50,096 bases of DNA from Meiothermus sp. (GTDB lineage: Bacteria > Deinococcota > Deinococci > Deinococcales > Thermaceae). The notes under the pieces were generated by a model, which was not told the DNA's origin, made no database searches, and saw only the letters and a program-made list of their open reading frames with translations. Positions 38,373-47,571 of this stretch are shown in pieces (the stretch's first letter is position 1; every line of letters starts with the position of its first letter). The stretch lies in assembly GCA_033762915.1 (NCBI GenBank), contig JANRLD010000063.1, positions 1-50,096 of the forward strand. The letters run 5' to 3'. The position numbers and the translations under genes were made by a program.

Positions 38373-39797
38373 ATGCCGCACCTTAACCAAACCAGACCCG
38401 CATCCGGCCACGTCATTCTGGTGGTAGACGACGACGAGGCCACCCTCTCGACCCTCGAGGAGCTCTTGACCCAGGAGGGCCACACCGTGCGCACCGCCCG
38501 CTCGGGTCGGGAGGCGATGGAGCGGCTGCGCGAGCAGGCCGTCCACCTGATGCTGCTGAACAGCCTCATGCCCGGCCAGAGCGGAGAAGAGACCGTGCGG
38601 GCGGTGCGCGAGTTCAACCCCGAGGTGCAGGTTGTGCTCCAGACCGGCTGCGCCTCGGAGCGCCCGGCCCGGCAGACGCTGGCCGAGCTGGATATCCATG
38701 GCTACCACGACAGGTCCGAGGGCCCGGAGAGGCTGCTGGTCTGGGTGGACGCCGCGCTCAAGAGCTACCGCCAGGGGCGTGCCCTGAGGGCCTCGAGCCG
38801 GGGCATGGAGCATATCCTCGAAGCTGCCCCCGAGCTGCACCGCCTACAGCCGCTCGAAGACCTGCTCTACGGCATCCTGCTGCAGATCGAGGGTCTGATG
38901 GGGCTCTCCGGCACAGTGATCGCGCTGCGCGAGGGCGGGCTGGTGGTAGTGGAGCCCGACCAGAAGTTTCGGCTGCGGGTGGGCACCGGCCGCTTCCAGG
39001 GCAAGGGCTGGGAGCAGCTCAGTCAGGAGGAGCAGCAGCTGATCCTCGAGGCCGCCAACACCGGCCAGATTCAGTGGGAGAACCTGATGGCCCTGCCGCT
39101 GCGGGCGGGCGAGCGGGCGGTGGGGGTGGTGTTGATGGAGCAGAGCGCCAGCGCCCCGACCAACCTGAAGATCCTGCAGCTATTCGCCAGCCAGGCCGCC
39201 GTGGCCATCGAGAACGTGCGGCTCTACGAGCTGGCCACCGTCGACGACCTGACCCGCGTCTCCACCCGCCGCCACTGGCTATCCCGGCTCGACGACGCGC
39301 TGCAGCTGGCCCTGCGCCACGCCCACCCGCTGAGCCTGGTGCTCCTCGACCTCGACCACTTCAAGGCCGTCAACGACCGGCACGGCCACCTCGCTGGGGA
39401 TCGGGTGCTGGCGGCCCTGGGCCGCACCCTGCTGCCCAGCCTTCGCCGCAGCGACGCGGTCGGGCGCATCGGGGGCGAGGAGTTCGCGGTGCTGCTGCCC
39501 CACACCGACCTCGAGGGGGCCGCTCTGGTGGCCGAGAAGCTGCGCCAGGCGGTGGCCCAGATGACGGTGGAGTGGGAGGGCGAGGCCCTGCGGCTGACGG
39601 CCAGTCTGGGGGTGGCCACACTCCGCATCCTGCCCACCCAGACCGCCCGCGACTCCGGCTCGCTCGAGCGCACCCGGACCGCTCTGCTCCAGGCCGCCGA
39701 CGAGGCGCTGTACCGGGCCAAGGCCGAAGGGCGCGACCGGGTGGCGGAGGCGGACGTGCTCGAGGGCGTTCCGGCCCCGGCGCTCGAGGTGGCCTGA
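38373..39797 (+). CDS. Pseudo-REC-GAF-GGDEF diguanylate cyclase
   Basis: DLDHFKAVNDRHGHLAGD and RIGGEEF are intact. The receiver has D->N (LLNS) and K->R. Confidence 0.9.
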   Translation: MPHLNQTRPASGHVILVVDDDEATLSTLEELLTQEGHTVRTARSGREAMERLREQAVHLMLLNSLMPGQSGEETVRAVREFNPEVQVVLQTGCASERPARQTLAELDIHGYHDRSEGPERLLVWVDAALKSYRQGRALRASSRGMEHILEAAPELHRLQPLEDLLYGILLQIEGLMGLSGTVIALREGGLVVVEPDQKFRLRVGTGRFQGKGWEQLSQEEQQLILEAANTGQIQWENLMALPLRAGERAVGVVLMEQSASAPTNLKILQLFASQAAVAIENVRLYELATVDDLTRVSTRRHWLSRLDDALQLALRHAHPLSLVLLDLDHFKAVNDRHGHLAGDRVLAALGRTLLPSLRRSDAVGRIGGEEFAVLLPHTDLEGAALVAEKLRQAVAQMTVEWEGEALRLTASLGVATLRILPTQTARDSGSLERTRTALLQAADEALYRAKAEGRDRVAEADVLEGVPAPALEVA

Positions 39798-39907
39798 GCC
39801 CCGCCACCCCAAAGACCCGGCGCGCCAGGGAACGCCCGGTGCGCCTGGGCCTGCCGGCTCTGTGTCCCACTTTATGCCGGGGTCATTGCGAGACCGTCGA
39901 ACTCAGA

Positions 39908-39968
39908 GCGGTTCCCACGAATACTCCCTACAGTGGTTTTTGCTCTAGGGAGTATTCGTGGGAACCGC
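39908..39968. repeat. Perfect 23-bp inverted repeat with 15-nt loop
   Basis: GCGGTTCCCACGAATACTCCCTA and TAGGGAGTATTCGTGGGAACCGC. Confidence 0.92.
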
Positions 39969-40071
39969 GATCAGCAACTCGTCCTTGGTAGAGTCACGGG
40001 TTCAAGCACTCGCCCATGTCCCTGACAAGGTCCCGGGATGGCAGCCCATTTTCCAGCCATCCGAAACGCGA

Positions 40072-40779
40072 TCAGACGCCAGACCCGCCGTCGGCCGAGC
40101 CGCGCCGGGACTCTCCGGCCTCGATGTGTGCGCGGCGCAGCGGCTCGGGCAGCCGAACCTCGGTACGAATGCCGCGGACAAACTCGAGAGCCTCCTCCAT
40201 ACCGGCCAGGTGTCCCGGCGAGACATAGAGCGGCTGAATCCTGGCTCTGGAGCGGTAGGCCCAGCCCACCTGCCGGCCCCCCGCCATTAGCCGCACTGCC
40301 GAGCCTGCCGCTTCGGGCAGGTCGCGCTCGAGTCTTCCATAGAGCAACGTCTTGGCCACCCCGATGCTGGGTACGCCCAGGTGGACACCCAGGTGACAGG
40401 CGATCCCGAAACCCCTGGGGTGGGCAACACCCTGACCGTCCACCAGCAGCATCTGGTAGGGGTGCTTCAGGTTTCCCAGCGCTGCGAGGTACACCGGCGA
40501 CTCCCGGAAGGACAGAAAGCCCGGCACGTAGGGAAACAGCGCGGCTTCGTCCACCGTGGCGGTGGCGACCTCGAGCACCTTCTGCGCTTGCATGTCCCAC
40601 AGCACGGCCGCTGCCGCCGACGCCCCTTTCACCTTGGAAAACCGGGTAGGGTGGGAGGCGTCCAGGGCGGCGACGTAGCGGTGCTGCGAAACCGGCCCCT
40701 CCAGCACCACCCGGGCTTGAAGCGATCTCTGGATCGCGGTGGCCTCGGTGACGCTGGAGGGGATCAGGAAGGGCTGCAT
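40072..40779 (-). CDS. nfi: Endonuclease V
   Basis: FPYVPGFLSFRE, VDGQGVAHPRGFGIACHLG, GVAKT, YVSPGH and RLPEPLRRAH. Confidence 0.95.
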   Translation of the reverse strand: MQPFLIPSSVTEATAIQRSLQARVVLEGPVSQHRYVAALDASHPTRFSKVKGASAAAAVLWDMQAQKVLEVATATVDEAALFPYVPGFLSFRESPVYLAALGNLKHPYQMLLVDGQGVAHPRGFGIACHLGVHLGVPSIGVAKTLLYGRLERDLPEAAGSAVRLMAGGRQVGWAYRSRARIQPLYVSPGHLAGMEEALEFVRGIRTEVRLPEPLRRAHIEAGESRRGSADGGSGV

Positions 40780-40876
40780 GGGGCCAGGGTACACCCTGCA
40801 CTTGACGCCGGGCTGGCCAAGTCCGGCCGCTAGAACCTCTTGCCGTGGTTCTCTGTGTCGCTTAGGCCACAGCCGT

Positions 40877-41479
40877 TCAGCGCGCGGCCTTGGGCAGCCG
40901 GGCCGAGGCTTGCTCGAGCAGATCGCCGGCCTCGAGCAGGTCGGCGATGGGGTCCCATCGGCCCTCGACCAGAGCCTTCTGGGCGGTCGCGGGCAGGCCG
41001 ACCTTGAACGACTGCCCGCCGTAGCGCACCTCGAGCCGCTCCACGTCCACCGTGACCTCGAGGGCAGGGTTCGCCTCCACCGCGGCCGCCAGCGCCTCGA
41101 TCTCGGACTTGGAGGCGGTCACGCAGGGCATCGACAGGCCCGTGGAGTTGCCGAAAAAGATCTCCGCGTAGCTCTCGCCAATGATGGCGCGGAAGCCGGC
41201 GCGGTAGATGGCTTGAGGCGAGTGCTCGCGGCTGCTGCCACAACCAAAGTTGGCCCCCACCAGCATCACCGAAGCCCCCTTAAAGCGGGGGTCGTTGAGC
41301 GGGTGGGTCTTTTCCGATCCGTCGGCGTTGAAGCGCTCGTCGTAGAACAGCGCCTCGCCCAGCCCGTCGAAGGTCACCACCTTGAGGTAGCGCGCGGGGG
41401 TAATTCGGTCGGTGTCGATGTCGTTGCCGGGGACGTGCACGGCCCGGCCGGTGACCTGCTGGATTGCCTCGAGTGCCAT
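40877..41479 (-). CDS. leuD: 3-isopropylmalate dehydratase small subunit
   Basis: DIDTDRITPARYL, NFGCGSSREH and SYAEIFFGN. Confidence 0.95.
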   Translation of the reverse strand: MALEAIQQVTGRAVHVPGNDIDTDRITPARYLKVVTFDGLGEALFYDERFNADGSEKTHPLNDPRFKGASVMLVGANFGCGSSREHSPQAIYRAGFRAIIGESYAEIFFGNSTGLSMPCVTASKSEIEALAAAVEANPALEVTVDVERLEVRYGGQSFKVGLPATAQKALVEGRWDPIADLLEAGDLLEQASARLPKAAR

Positions 41480-41586
41480 TGTGTTTGCTCCTCTTCAGGG
41501 TGGTCTGTGATCAGAAAAAACCGGTCTTCGGATTCTGCCTTTCCTAACGCTTGTCCGCTTTAGGTTTATCGCCCATTGCCTAAACA

Positions 41587-41799
41587 CTAGCTCCCGTCGT
41601 CCCGGTCGATTTTGATGCCCCTCGAGATGGTCCACACCCCCACCAGCGCTGCTGCCGCGACCAGAGCGAAGCCGAGTCCGAAGATGATCCAGGCCACGGT
41701 TGGGTTGGTGCCAAGGCTTTGGTACCACAGGCGCAAGGTCAGCATCGAGAGCAGCACCGATGCGGCGACGAGGCTAAGTCCGATGAAGATTTGGGTCAT
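41587..41799 (-). CDS. Small two-TM membrane protein (70 aa)
   Basis: MTQIFIGLSLVAASVLLSML... with two hydrophobic helices. ATGA overlap with the upstream ORF. Confidence 0.55.
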   Translation of the reverse strand: MTQIFIGLSLVAASVLLSMLTLRLWYQSLGTNPTVAWIIFGLGFALVAAAALVGVWTISRGIKIDRDDGS

Positions 41800-42014
41800 G
41801 GGAGGGGGGATTTCCCGAGGATTTGGCCGGTGGAGGGGGTGAGCCTGAGGGCGTGTCTGGGGTACTGGGGAACCTTCACCTGCGGGTCGGTTTTGGGCGC
41901 CGAGTCGGCGACCTCTCCTTCCGGCTCGCAGCGTCCGCTCGGCCACGGGCGCGTTTTGCCGAGCTGGTGGCACTCCTCGAGGGTCCACTTTTGGGTCGTG
42001 AAGTCCCTGGTCAT
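41796..42014 (-). pseudogene. Uma2-family endonuclease remnant
   Basis: KWTLEECHQLG...RCEPEGEVADSAP resembles the Uma2 N-terminus (FTVEEYHRM...RVELIEGEIVEMAP) but is only 72 aa. Leaderless TAACCT. Confidence 0.5.
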
Positions 42015-42404
42015 GGCTTAAGGTTACTCTCAGTGGGCTTCCTAAATGTCGGTGAAAGCGGCATTGAGCTTTCGCATTCAGGCGTCGGTCTTGATCTTCG
42101 CAACCCACACGCCCACCCCGGTGCCGCCGTTCGCTTCCCGGCCCCTGTCCACGCCGAATCTGCTTCGCCAGTCCTCGAGCAGTTGCCCAGGGTATCGGTG
42201 AGGCAGTTGTAAGGGCTGTTCGCCATGCAATGGAGAGACCTCACCGAGCGGGTTCTGAAAGTTTGCCTAGAAGGCAGTAGGGGAGAAACCGGGCCGACGA
42301 AACCGTACCAGAGTCCAGCAGGCATACGGCAAAAAATCCGAAAAGTTAGATCAGGCGAACTGGGATTGGGCTTTCGTGTTGGGTTTCAAACCGCTTGGCC
42401 GTGA

Positions 42405-43829
42405 CTACGCCCCGACCAGCTCCCCAACCCCGAACACTTCCCTGGCGTCGCTCACCTTGCCGGTCACCGCCGCCGCCACCACCATCAGCGGACTCATCAG
42501 CACGGTTCGGCCGGTAGCGCTGCCCTGGCGGCCTTTGAAGTTGCGGTTGGAGCTCGAGGCGCTCAGCTCGTCGCCGATCAGCTTGTCGGGGTTCATGGCC
42601 AGGCACATCGAGCAGCCCGCCCCGCGCCACTCGAAGCCCGCGTCGCGGAAGACTTGGTCCAGACCTTCTTCCTCGCAGGCCTTGGCTACCAATTGCGAGC
42701 CCGGAACCGCGATGGCCCGCACGCCGGGGGCGACCTTGTGGCCCTTGAGGTACTTGGCGGCCTCGCGGAAGTCGGAGAGGCGGCCGTTGGTGCAGCTGCC
42801 CAGGAAGGCCACGTTCACCTTCACGCCCTTGATCGGCTGGCCGGGCTCGAGCTTCATGTGCTTCAGGGCCTCCTCGAGGCCGGCCCGCTCGGCCTCGGGG
42901 TAGTCGGCTGGGTTGGGCACCCGGTCGCCCACAAAGCAGCCCTGGCCGGGGTTTATGCCCCAGGTGACCGAGGGCTCGATGTCCTCGCCGCGGATGTTGA
43001 CCACGTCGTCGAAGACGGCGTCGGGGTCAGAGGCCAGGGCCTTCCACTGTTGCACGGCCTTGTCCCAGTCGGCGCCTTTGGGCGCGTAGGGGCGGCCCAT
43101 CAGGTAGTCGTAGGTGGTTTGGTCGGGGTTGACGTAGCCGCAGCGCGCGCCGCCCTCGATACTCATGTTGCAGACGGTCATGCGCTCTTCCATGCTGAAG
43201 TTGTCGAAGACCGCGCCGCCGTACTCGTAGGCGTAGCCCAGGCCGCCGTTGACGCCCAGCACCTTGATGATGTGCAGGATGACGTCTTTGGCGTAGACGC
43301 CGGGGCGCAGGCTGCCGGTCACGTTGATGCGCCGTACCTTGAGCTTGCTCATGGCCATGGTCTGGGTGGCTAGCAGGTCGCGCACCTGGGTGGTGCCGAT
43401 CCCGAAGGCGATGGCCCCGAACGCGCCGTGGGTGGCGGTGTGCGAGTCGCCGCAGGCGATGGTCATGCCCGGCTGGGTGATGCCGTTTTCCGGGCCGATG
43501 ATGTGCACGATGCCCTGGAGCCCTGAGTTCACGTCGAAGAAGGTGATCCCGAAGTCGGCCACGTTCTGCCGGAGCTGCCGGATCATCTCGGCAGCTTGGG
43601 GGTCCTCGAAGGGTTCGACCAGGCTGTGCGTGGGGACGATGTGATCCACCGTGGCGAAGGTGCGCTCAGGGAAGCGCACCTTGAGGCCCAGGTCGCGCAT
43701 CATTCCGAAGGCCTGCGGGCTGGTGACCTCGTGGATCAGGTGGGTGTCGATAAAGAGCTGCGTCTGCCCATTGGGCAGGGTGCGGACCGCGTGGGTCTCC
43801 CAGACTTTTTGGTAGAGGTTCTTTCCCAT
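42405..43829 (-). CDS. leuC: 3-isopropylmalate dehydratase large subunit
   Basis: [27 protein letters not shown] and [10 protein letters not shown]. Confidence 0.97.
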   Translation of the reverse strand: MGKNLYQKVWETHAVRTLPNGQTQLFIDTHLIHEVTSPQAFGMMRDLGLKVRFPERTFATVDHIVPTHSLVEPFEDPQAAEMIRQLRQNVADFGITFFDVNSGLQGIVHIIGPENGITQPGMTIACGDSHTATHGAFGAIAFGIGTTQVRDLLATQTMAMSKLKVRRINVTGSLRPGVYAKDVILHIIKVLGVNGGLGYAYEYGGAVFDNFSMEERMTVCNMSIEGGARCGYVNPDQTTYDYLMGRPYAPKGADWDKAVQQWKALASDPDAVFDDVVNIRGEDIEPSVTWGINPGQGCFVGDRVPNPADYPEAERAGLEEALKHMKLEPGQPIKGVKVNVAFLGSCTNGRLSDFREAAKYLKGHKVAPGVRAIAVPGSQLVAKACEEEGLDQVFRDAGFEWRGAGCSMCLAMNPDKLIGDELSASSSNRNFKGRQGSATGRTVLMSPLMVVAAAVTGKVSDAREVFGVGELVGA

Positions 43830-43850
43830 ACTCCTCCGTTTGGTGGCGGT

Positions 43851-43880
43851 AAGAAAGCCCTCGGACGCTGCCCTCCGAGG
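43851..43880 (-). terminator. Attenuator terminator upstream of leuC
   Basis: CCTCGGA-gggcagcg-TCCGAGG followed by GCTTTCTT. Confidence 0.7.
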
Positions 43881-43899
43881 TTTGAGATGCCACCCGTAT

Positions 43900-43947
43900 T
43901 CAAGCCTCGAGGAGACCCGAAATCGGTAGCAAGCTTGAACCGCTCAT
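43900..43947 (-). CDS. leu leader peptide [15 protein letters not shown]
   Basis: Four Leu codons (TTG CTA ... CTC CTC) lying between the promoter and the terminator hairpin. Confidence 0.7.
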   Translation of the reverse strand: MSGSSLLPISGLLEA

Positions 43948-43955
43948 TGCCCTCG

Positions 43956-43984
43956 AGTATAGGCTTTGGTATACCAAACGTCAA
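43956..43984 (-). promoter_or_regulatory. leuC promoter
   Basis: TTGACG-N17-TATACT. Confidence 0.8.
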
Positions 43985-44188
43985 CATTCCACGCTGTATT
44001 GTCCTCCAGAACGATAGGAGTCAGGGCGGAGTGGGGGTCGGGGCGAGGCCCCCGATTCCGCTGGGGCTCTGTGCCGTCCGGTCCGAAGCGGTGGAGTCCG
44101 CTCTTTGTGTCCCTCAAAGCTCTTTCGACGCCTACTCGGCTCGCTGCGGCCCGCCATGCGCAGTTGGCGGCCAGCGGTTGGCGGCCTC

Positions 44189-44217
44189 TTGACAAATACG
44201 ACTTGGGTTACTATTCT
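44189..44217 (+). promoter_or_regulatory. Promoter of sugar ABC operon
   Basis: TTGACA-N17-TATTCT. Confidence 0.8.
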
Positions 44218-44254
44218 TCTGCTAACGCGAGTTACTAACACGAGTTAGCAGAAG
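44216..44254. promoter_or_regulatory. Tandem operator palindromes over the transcription start
   Basis: CTTCTGCTAAC...GTTAGCAGAAG enclosing two TAACNCGAGTTA boxes. Confidence 0.65.
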
Positions 44255-44281
44255 GATCAAATGTTCACTTAGGAGGGTGAC

Positions 44282-45211
44282 ATGGGATCAAATGCTGTAG
44301 GGGAGCGAAGTTTGACCCTTTCCAGGGCTTGGCTACGGCGGTGGATCAGCCGCGAGGCCCTTACCGGCTGGCTGTTCGTGCTGCCAGCCCTCATCGGGTT
44401 CGTGCTGTTCTACCTAATCCCCACCCTCAGGGCCATCGAGATCAGCTTCACCGACTGGAACCTGCTGCGCCCGCCCCGGCCGGTGGGCCTTGAGAACTAC
44501 CAGACGCTCATTGCCGACGAAAACTTCTGGCACGCTTTGCGGGTCACAGGACTCTACGTGCTCTATAACATCCCCCTCCAGACCGTTCTGGGGCTGTTCC
44601 TGGCGGTGCTGATGGATCGGCTGGTGCGGGCGCTGTGGTTGCGGGCGGTGGTGATCCTGCCTTACCTGCTGTCGAGCATCGTGGTGGGGATGATCTTTGT
44701 CTGGCTCTTGAACCCGGTGCTGGGCTACGTCAATGCTTTCATTCAGTTCCTTGGCCTCGAGAAGCAGGCTTTCTTCGGATCACCCGACCAGGCCCTCCTG
44801 ACCATAGCAGGGGTCAACATCTGGAAGCACATGGGGCTCACCGCGCTGCTGTTCTATGCCGGCCTCCAGTCCATCCCACGCAGCCTCTATGAGGCCGCCT
44901 CGATCGACGGTTCAGGCGAGTGGAGCACCTTCTGGAAGATCACCCTTCCGCTCCTGCGCCCAGTGATGGCCTTTGTGCTGGTCACTAGTGTGATCGGCTC
45001 TTTCCAGATCTACGACATGGTCGCCGTCACTACGGGCGGCGGCCCGGCCTACGCCACTCGGGTGCTGGTCTGGTACATATCCGAGAACGCTTTCGAGTTC
45101 TTCAAGATGGGCTACGCCTCGGCGCTGTCGGTAGTGCTGTTCTTGATCCTGGTGGCCTTCACGCTGGTGCAGATGCGACTGCTCCGGGCCAACCAGTCCG
45201 ACCTGGGGTAG
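44282..45211 (+). CDS. Carbohydrate ABC transporter permease (MalF-like)
   Basis: LYEAASIDGS EAA loop, multiple TM helices and AGGAGG RBS. Confidence 0.95.
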   Translation: MGSNAVGERSLTLSRAWLRRWISREALTGWLFVLPALIGFVLFYLIPTLRAIEISFTDWNLLRPPRPVGLENYQTLIADENFWHALRVTGLYVLYNIPLQTVLGLFLAVLMDRLVRALWLRAVVILPYLLSSIVVGMIFVWLLNPVLGYVNAFIQFLGLEKQAFFGSPDQALLTIAGVNIWKHMGLTALLFYAGLQSIPRSLYEAASIDGSGEWSTFWKITLPLLRPVMAFVLVTSVIGSFQIYDMVAVTTGGGPAYATRVLVWYISENAFEFFKMGYASALSVVLFLILVAFTLVQMRLLRANQSDLG

Positions 45212-45220
45212 AGGACACTC

Positions 45221-46129
45221 ATGGAAAACACTATTTCCCCCTCCCGCGAAGTCCGCAGCTTCTCCTGGGGCCGCGTGCTGTCGTGGGTGCTGCTGGCGGT
45301 GATGATCTTCGTGACGCTGTTCCCGCTGTGGGTGGTGCTCAAGACCGCCTTCACCCCGGCCAAGGATCTCTTCGCCGAATCGACGCGATTCGTCCCCTCA
45401 AACCCCACCCTGATCAACTTCGAGCGGGTCCTGGGCTTCTTGTCTCTCGAGGAGAACCAGGCCGCCGGTGGATCGGGGGCGGTGATCAACTTCACCCATG
45501 CCATGCGTAACTCGCTGCTGTTCACGGCCTGTGTGGTGGTGTTTCAGACCTTCTTCAGCGCCCTTGCAGCCTACGCCTTCGCCCGCCTGAGGTTCCCCGG
45601 CCGCGACCTGATCTTCTTCCTATTCCTCTCGGCGACCATGATCCCCAGCGTGGTGCTCTTCATCCCGAACTTCATTCTCATGCGCGACCTGGGCTGGCTC
45701 AACACCTTCCAGGGCATGGTTGCCCCCTACGTGCTGATGGCCCCCTTCGCGGTCTTCTTCCTGCGGCAGTTCTTCCTCTCGATCCCTAGGGAGCTCGAGG
45801 AGGCCGCCTACCTCGACGGGGCCTCGCCCTTCTACATCTTCTGGCGCATCGTCCTGCCGGTGAGCAAGACCCCCATCGCCACGTTGGGCATCCTCACCGC
45901 CATCGGCACTTGGAACGAGTTCTTCTGGCCTTACATCGTGTCAAGGGGTGAGGAGTGGCAGGTCCTCACCGTCGCGCTTAAGGCCTTCCAGTCGCAGAGT
46001 CCACAGGGGGGCGCCGACTGGACCGGAATCATGGCAGCCACGACCCTCGCCATCATCCCCGTGATCGTCTTGCTGGTGGTGCTGGGGCGTCAGGTGGTGG
46101 AGTCGCTGCAATTCAGCGGTGTGAAGTAA
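45221..46129 (+). CDS. Carbohydrate ABC transporter permease (MalG-like)
   Basis: AAYAFAR, ELEEAAYLDGA and WNEFFWP. Confidence 0.95.
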   Translation: MENTISPSREVRSFSWGRVLSWVLLAVMIFVTLFPLWVVLKTAFTPAKDLFAESTRFVPSNPTLINFERVLGFLSLEENQAAGGSGAVINFTHAMRNSLLFTACVVVFQTFFSALAAYAFARLRFPGRDLIFFLFLSATMIPSVVLFIPNFILMRDLGWLNTFQGMVAPYVLMAPFAVFFLRQFFLSIPRELEEAAYLDGASPFYIFWRIVLPVSKTPIATLGILTAIGTWNEFFWPYIVSRGEEWQVLTVALKAFQSQSPQGGADWTGIMAATTLAIIPVIVLLVVLGRQVVESLQFSGVK

Positions 46130-46197
46130 TGGGAGGAGAGGCAGTTGAGCGAAGTCTGTCGGCACGCCTGTTTAAGCAATCCTGAGTGGAGGAACGC

Positions 46198-47508
46198 ATG
46201 AAGCAATTGTTTACCGCCGCAACCCTGGCCCTGTCCGCGACCGTCGGCTCGGCCTTGGCCCAGACTGAGATCTCGTACTGGATGTGGGACGCCAACCAGA
46301 AGCCGGCCTACGAGGCCTGTGCCCGGGCCTTCGAAAGGGCCAACCCCGACATCAAGGTCAAGGTCGAGCAGAAGGGCTGGGACGACTACTGGACCAACAT
46401 CACCACCGGCCTCGTCTCCGGCACAGCCCCTGACGTCTTCACCAGCCACCTGGCCAAATACCCCGAGTTCGCCAACAACGGCCAGATAGTCGACTTGGCT
46501 CCCCTGATCAAGCGCGACAACCTCAACACCAAGGTCTACTACCCCGGCCTCTTTGACCTCTGGGGCAAGGACGGCAAGCAGTACGGCCTGCCCAAGGACT
46601 GGGACACGGTAGCCATCATCTACAACAAGAAGATGCTCCGCGACGCGGGCGTCACCGAGGCCCAACTGAGGAACTGGACCTGGAACCCCAAGGACGGCGG
46701 CACCTTCGGCCAGATCCTGGCCCGGCTGACCAGAGACAAGAACGGTAACAACGCCCTTAGCCCGAGGTTCGACCCCAAGAACGTGGTCCAGTACGGTTGG
46801 CTCAGCCCCAACGGAGGCGGCTACGGACAGACCGAATGGAGCTGGCTGGCGGTACCCAACGGTTTCAAGTTCAACGACGGCCCCTGGTCTCGCAAATACT
46901 ACTATGACAGCCCAAAGCTGGCGGAGGCGATCCAGTGGCTGGCCGACCTAAGCCTCAAGCGCGGCATCGCGGTGCCCGCCAAGGACCTGCCCACCAGCGG
47001 CGGCGTAGAGCCCCTTTTCACCTCCGGCAAGGCGGCAATGATGCCCCAGGGCTCGTGGATGATCTCCTATTTCCGTGACAACACCAAATTTGAGTACGGC
47101 TGGGCGCTCCTGCCCCGCGGCCCCAACGGCCGCAAGAGCATGTTCAACGGACTGGCTGACAACATTTGGGTAGGAAGCAAGAAGCAGGAGCAGGCCTGGA
47201 AGTGGGTTAGGTTCATGGGCTCGGCGGCATGCCAGAACATCGTTGGCAGCTACGGTGTGGTATTCCCGGCTATCAAGTCCGGCGTGGATGCCGCCCTTAA
47301 GGCCCACGCCTCCAAGGGCATCGACGTGAGCGCCTTCACTTCCATCGCCAACGCCCCCGGCGGCACTTTCCTGTTCCCCATTGCCGACAACGCCTCCGAG
47401 GTTTCCAGCATCATGCAGGCCGCGATGGACTCGATCTTTTTGGGCAAGTCCACCGCCGCCCAAGCGCTCAAGGAAGCCAACGAAAAGGTGAACGCCACCT
47501 TCCGCTAA
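46198..47508 (+). CDS. Sugar ABC transporter substrate-binding protein
   Basis: Signal peptide ending ALA-Q. GTAPDVF, YGLP, YNK and GKAAM (SBP family 1). Confidence 0.93.
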   Translation: MKQLFTAATLALSATVGSALAQTEISYWMWDANQKPAYEACARAFERANPDIKVKVEQKGWDDYWTNITTGLVSGTAPDVFTSHLAKYPEFANNGQIVDLAPLIKRDNLNTKVYYPGLFDLWGKDGKQYGLPKDWDTVAIIYNKKMLRDAGVTEAQLRNWTWNPKDGGTFGQILARLTRDKNGNNALSPRFDPKNVVQYGWLSPNGGGYGQTEWSWLAVPNGFKFNDGPWSRKYYYDSPKLAEAIQWLADLSLKRGIAVPAKDLPTSGGVEPLFTSGKAAMMPQGSWMISYFRDNTKFEYGWALLPRGPNGRKSMFNGLADNIWVGSKKQEQAWKWVRFMGSAACQNIVGSYGVVFPAIKSGVDAALKAHASKGIDVSAFTSIANAPGGTFLFPIADNASEVSSIMQAAMDSIFLGKSTAAQALKEANEKVNATFR

Positions 47509-47571
47509 ACCAGCTCGGGGGTTGGGGGAAGGCCATCCCCTGACCCCACTCCTCCTCCGTGGGGTGACCGT

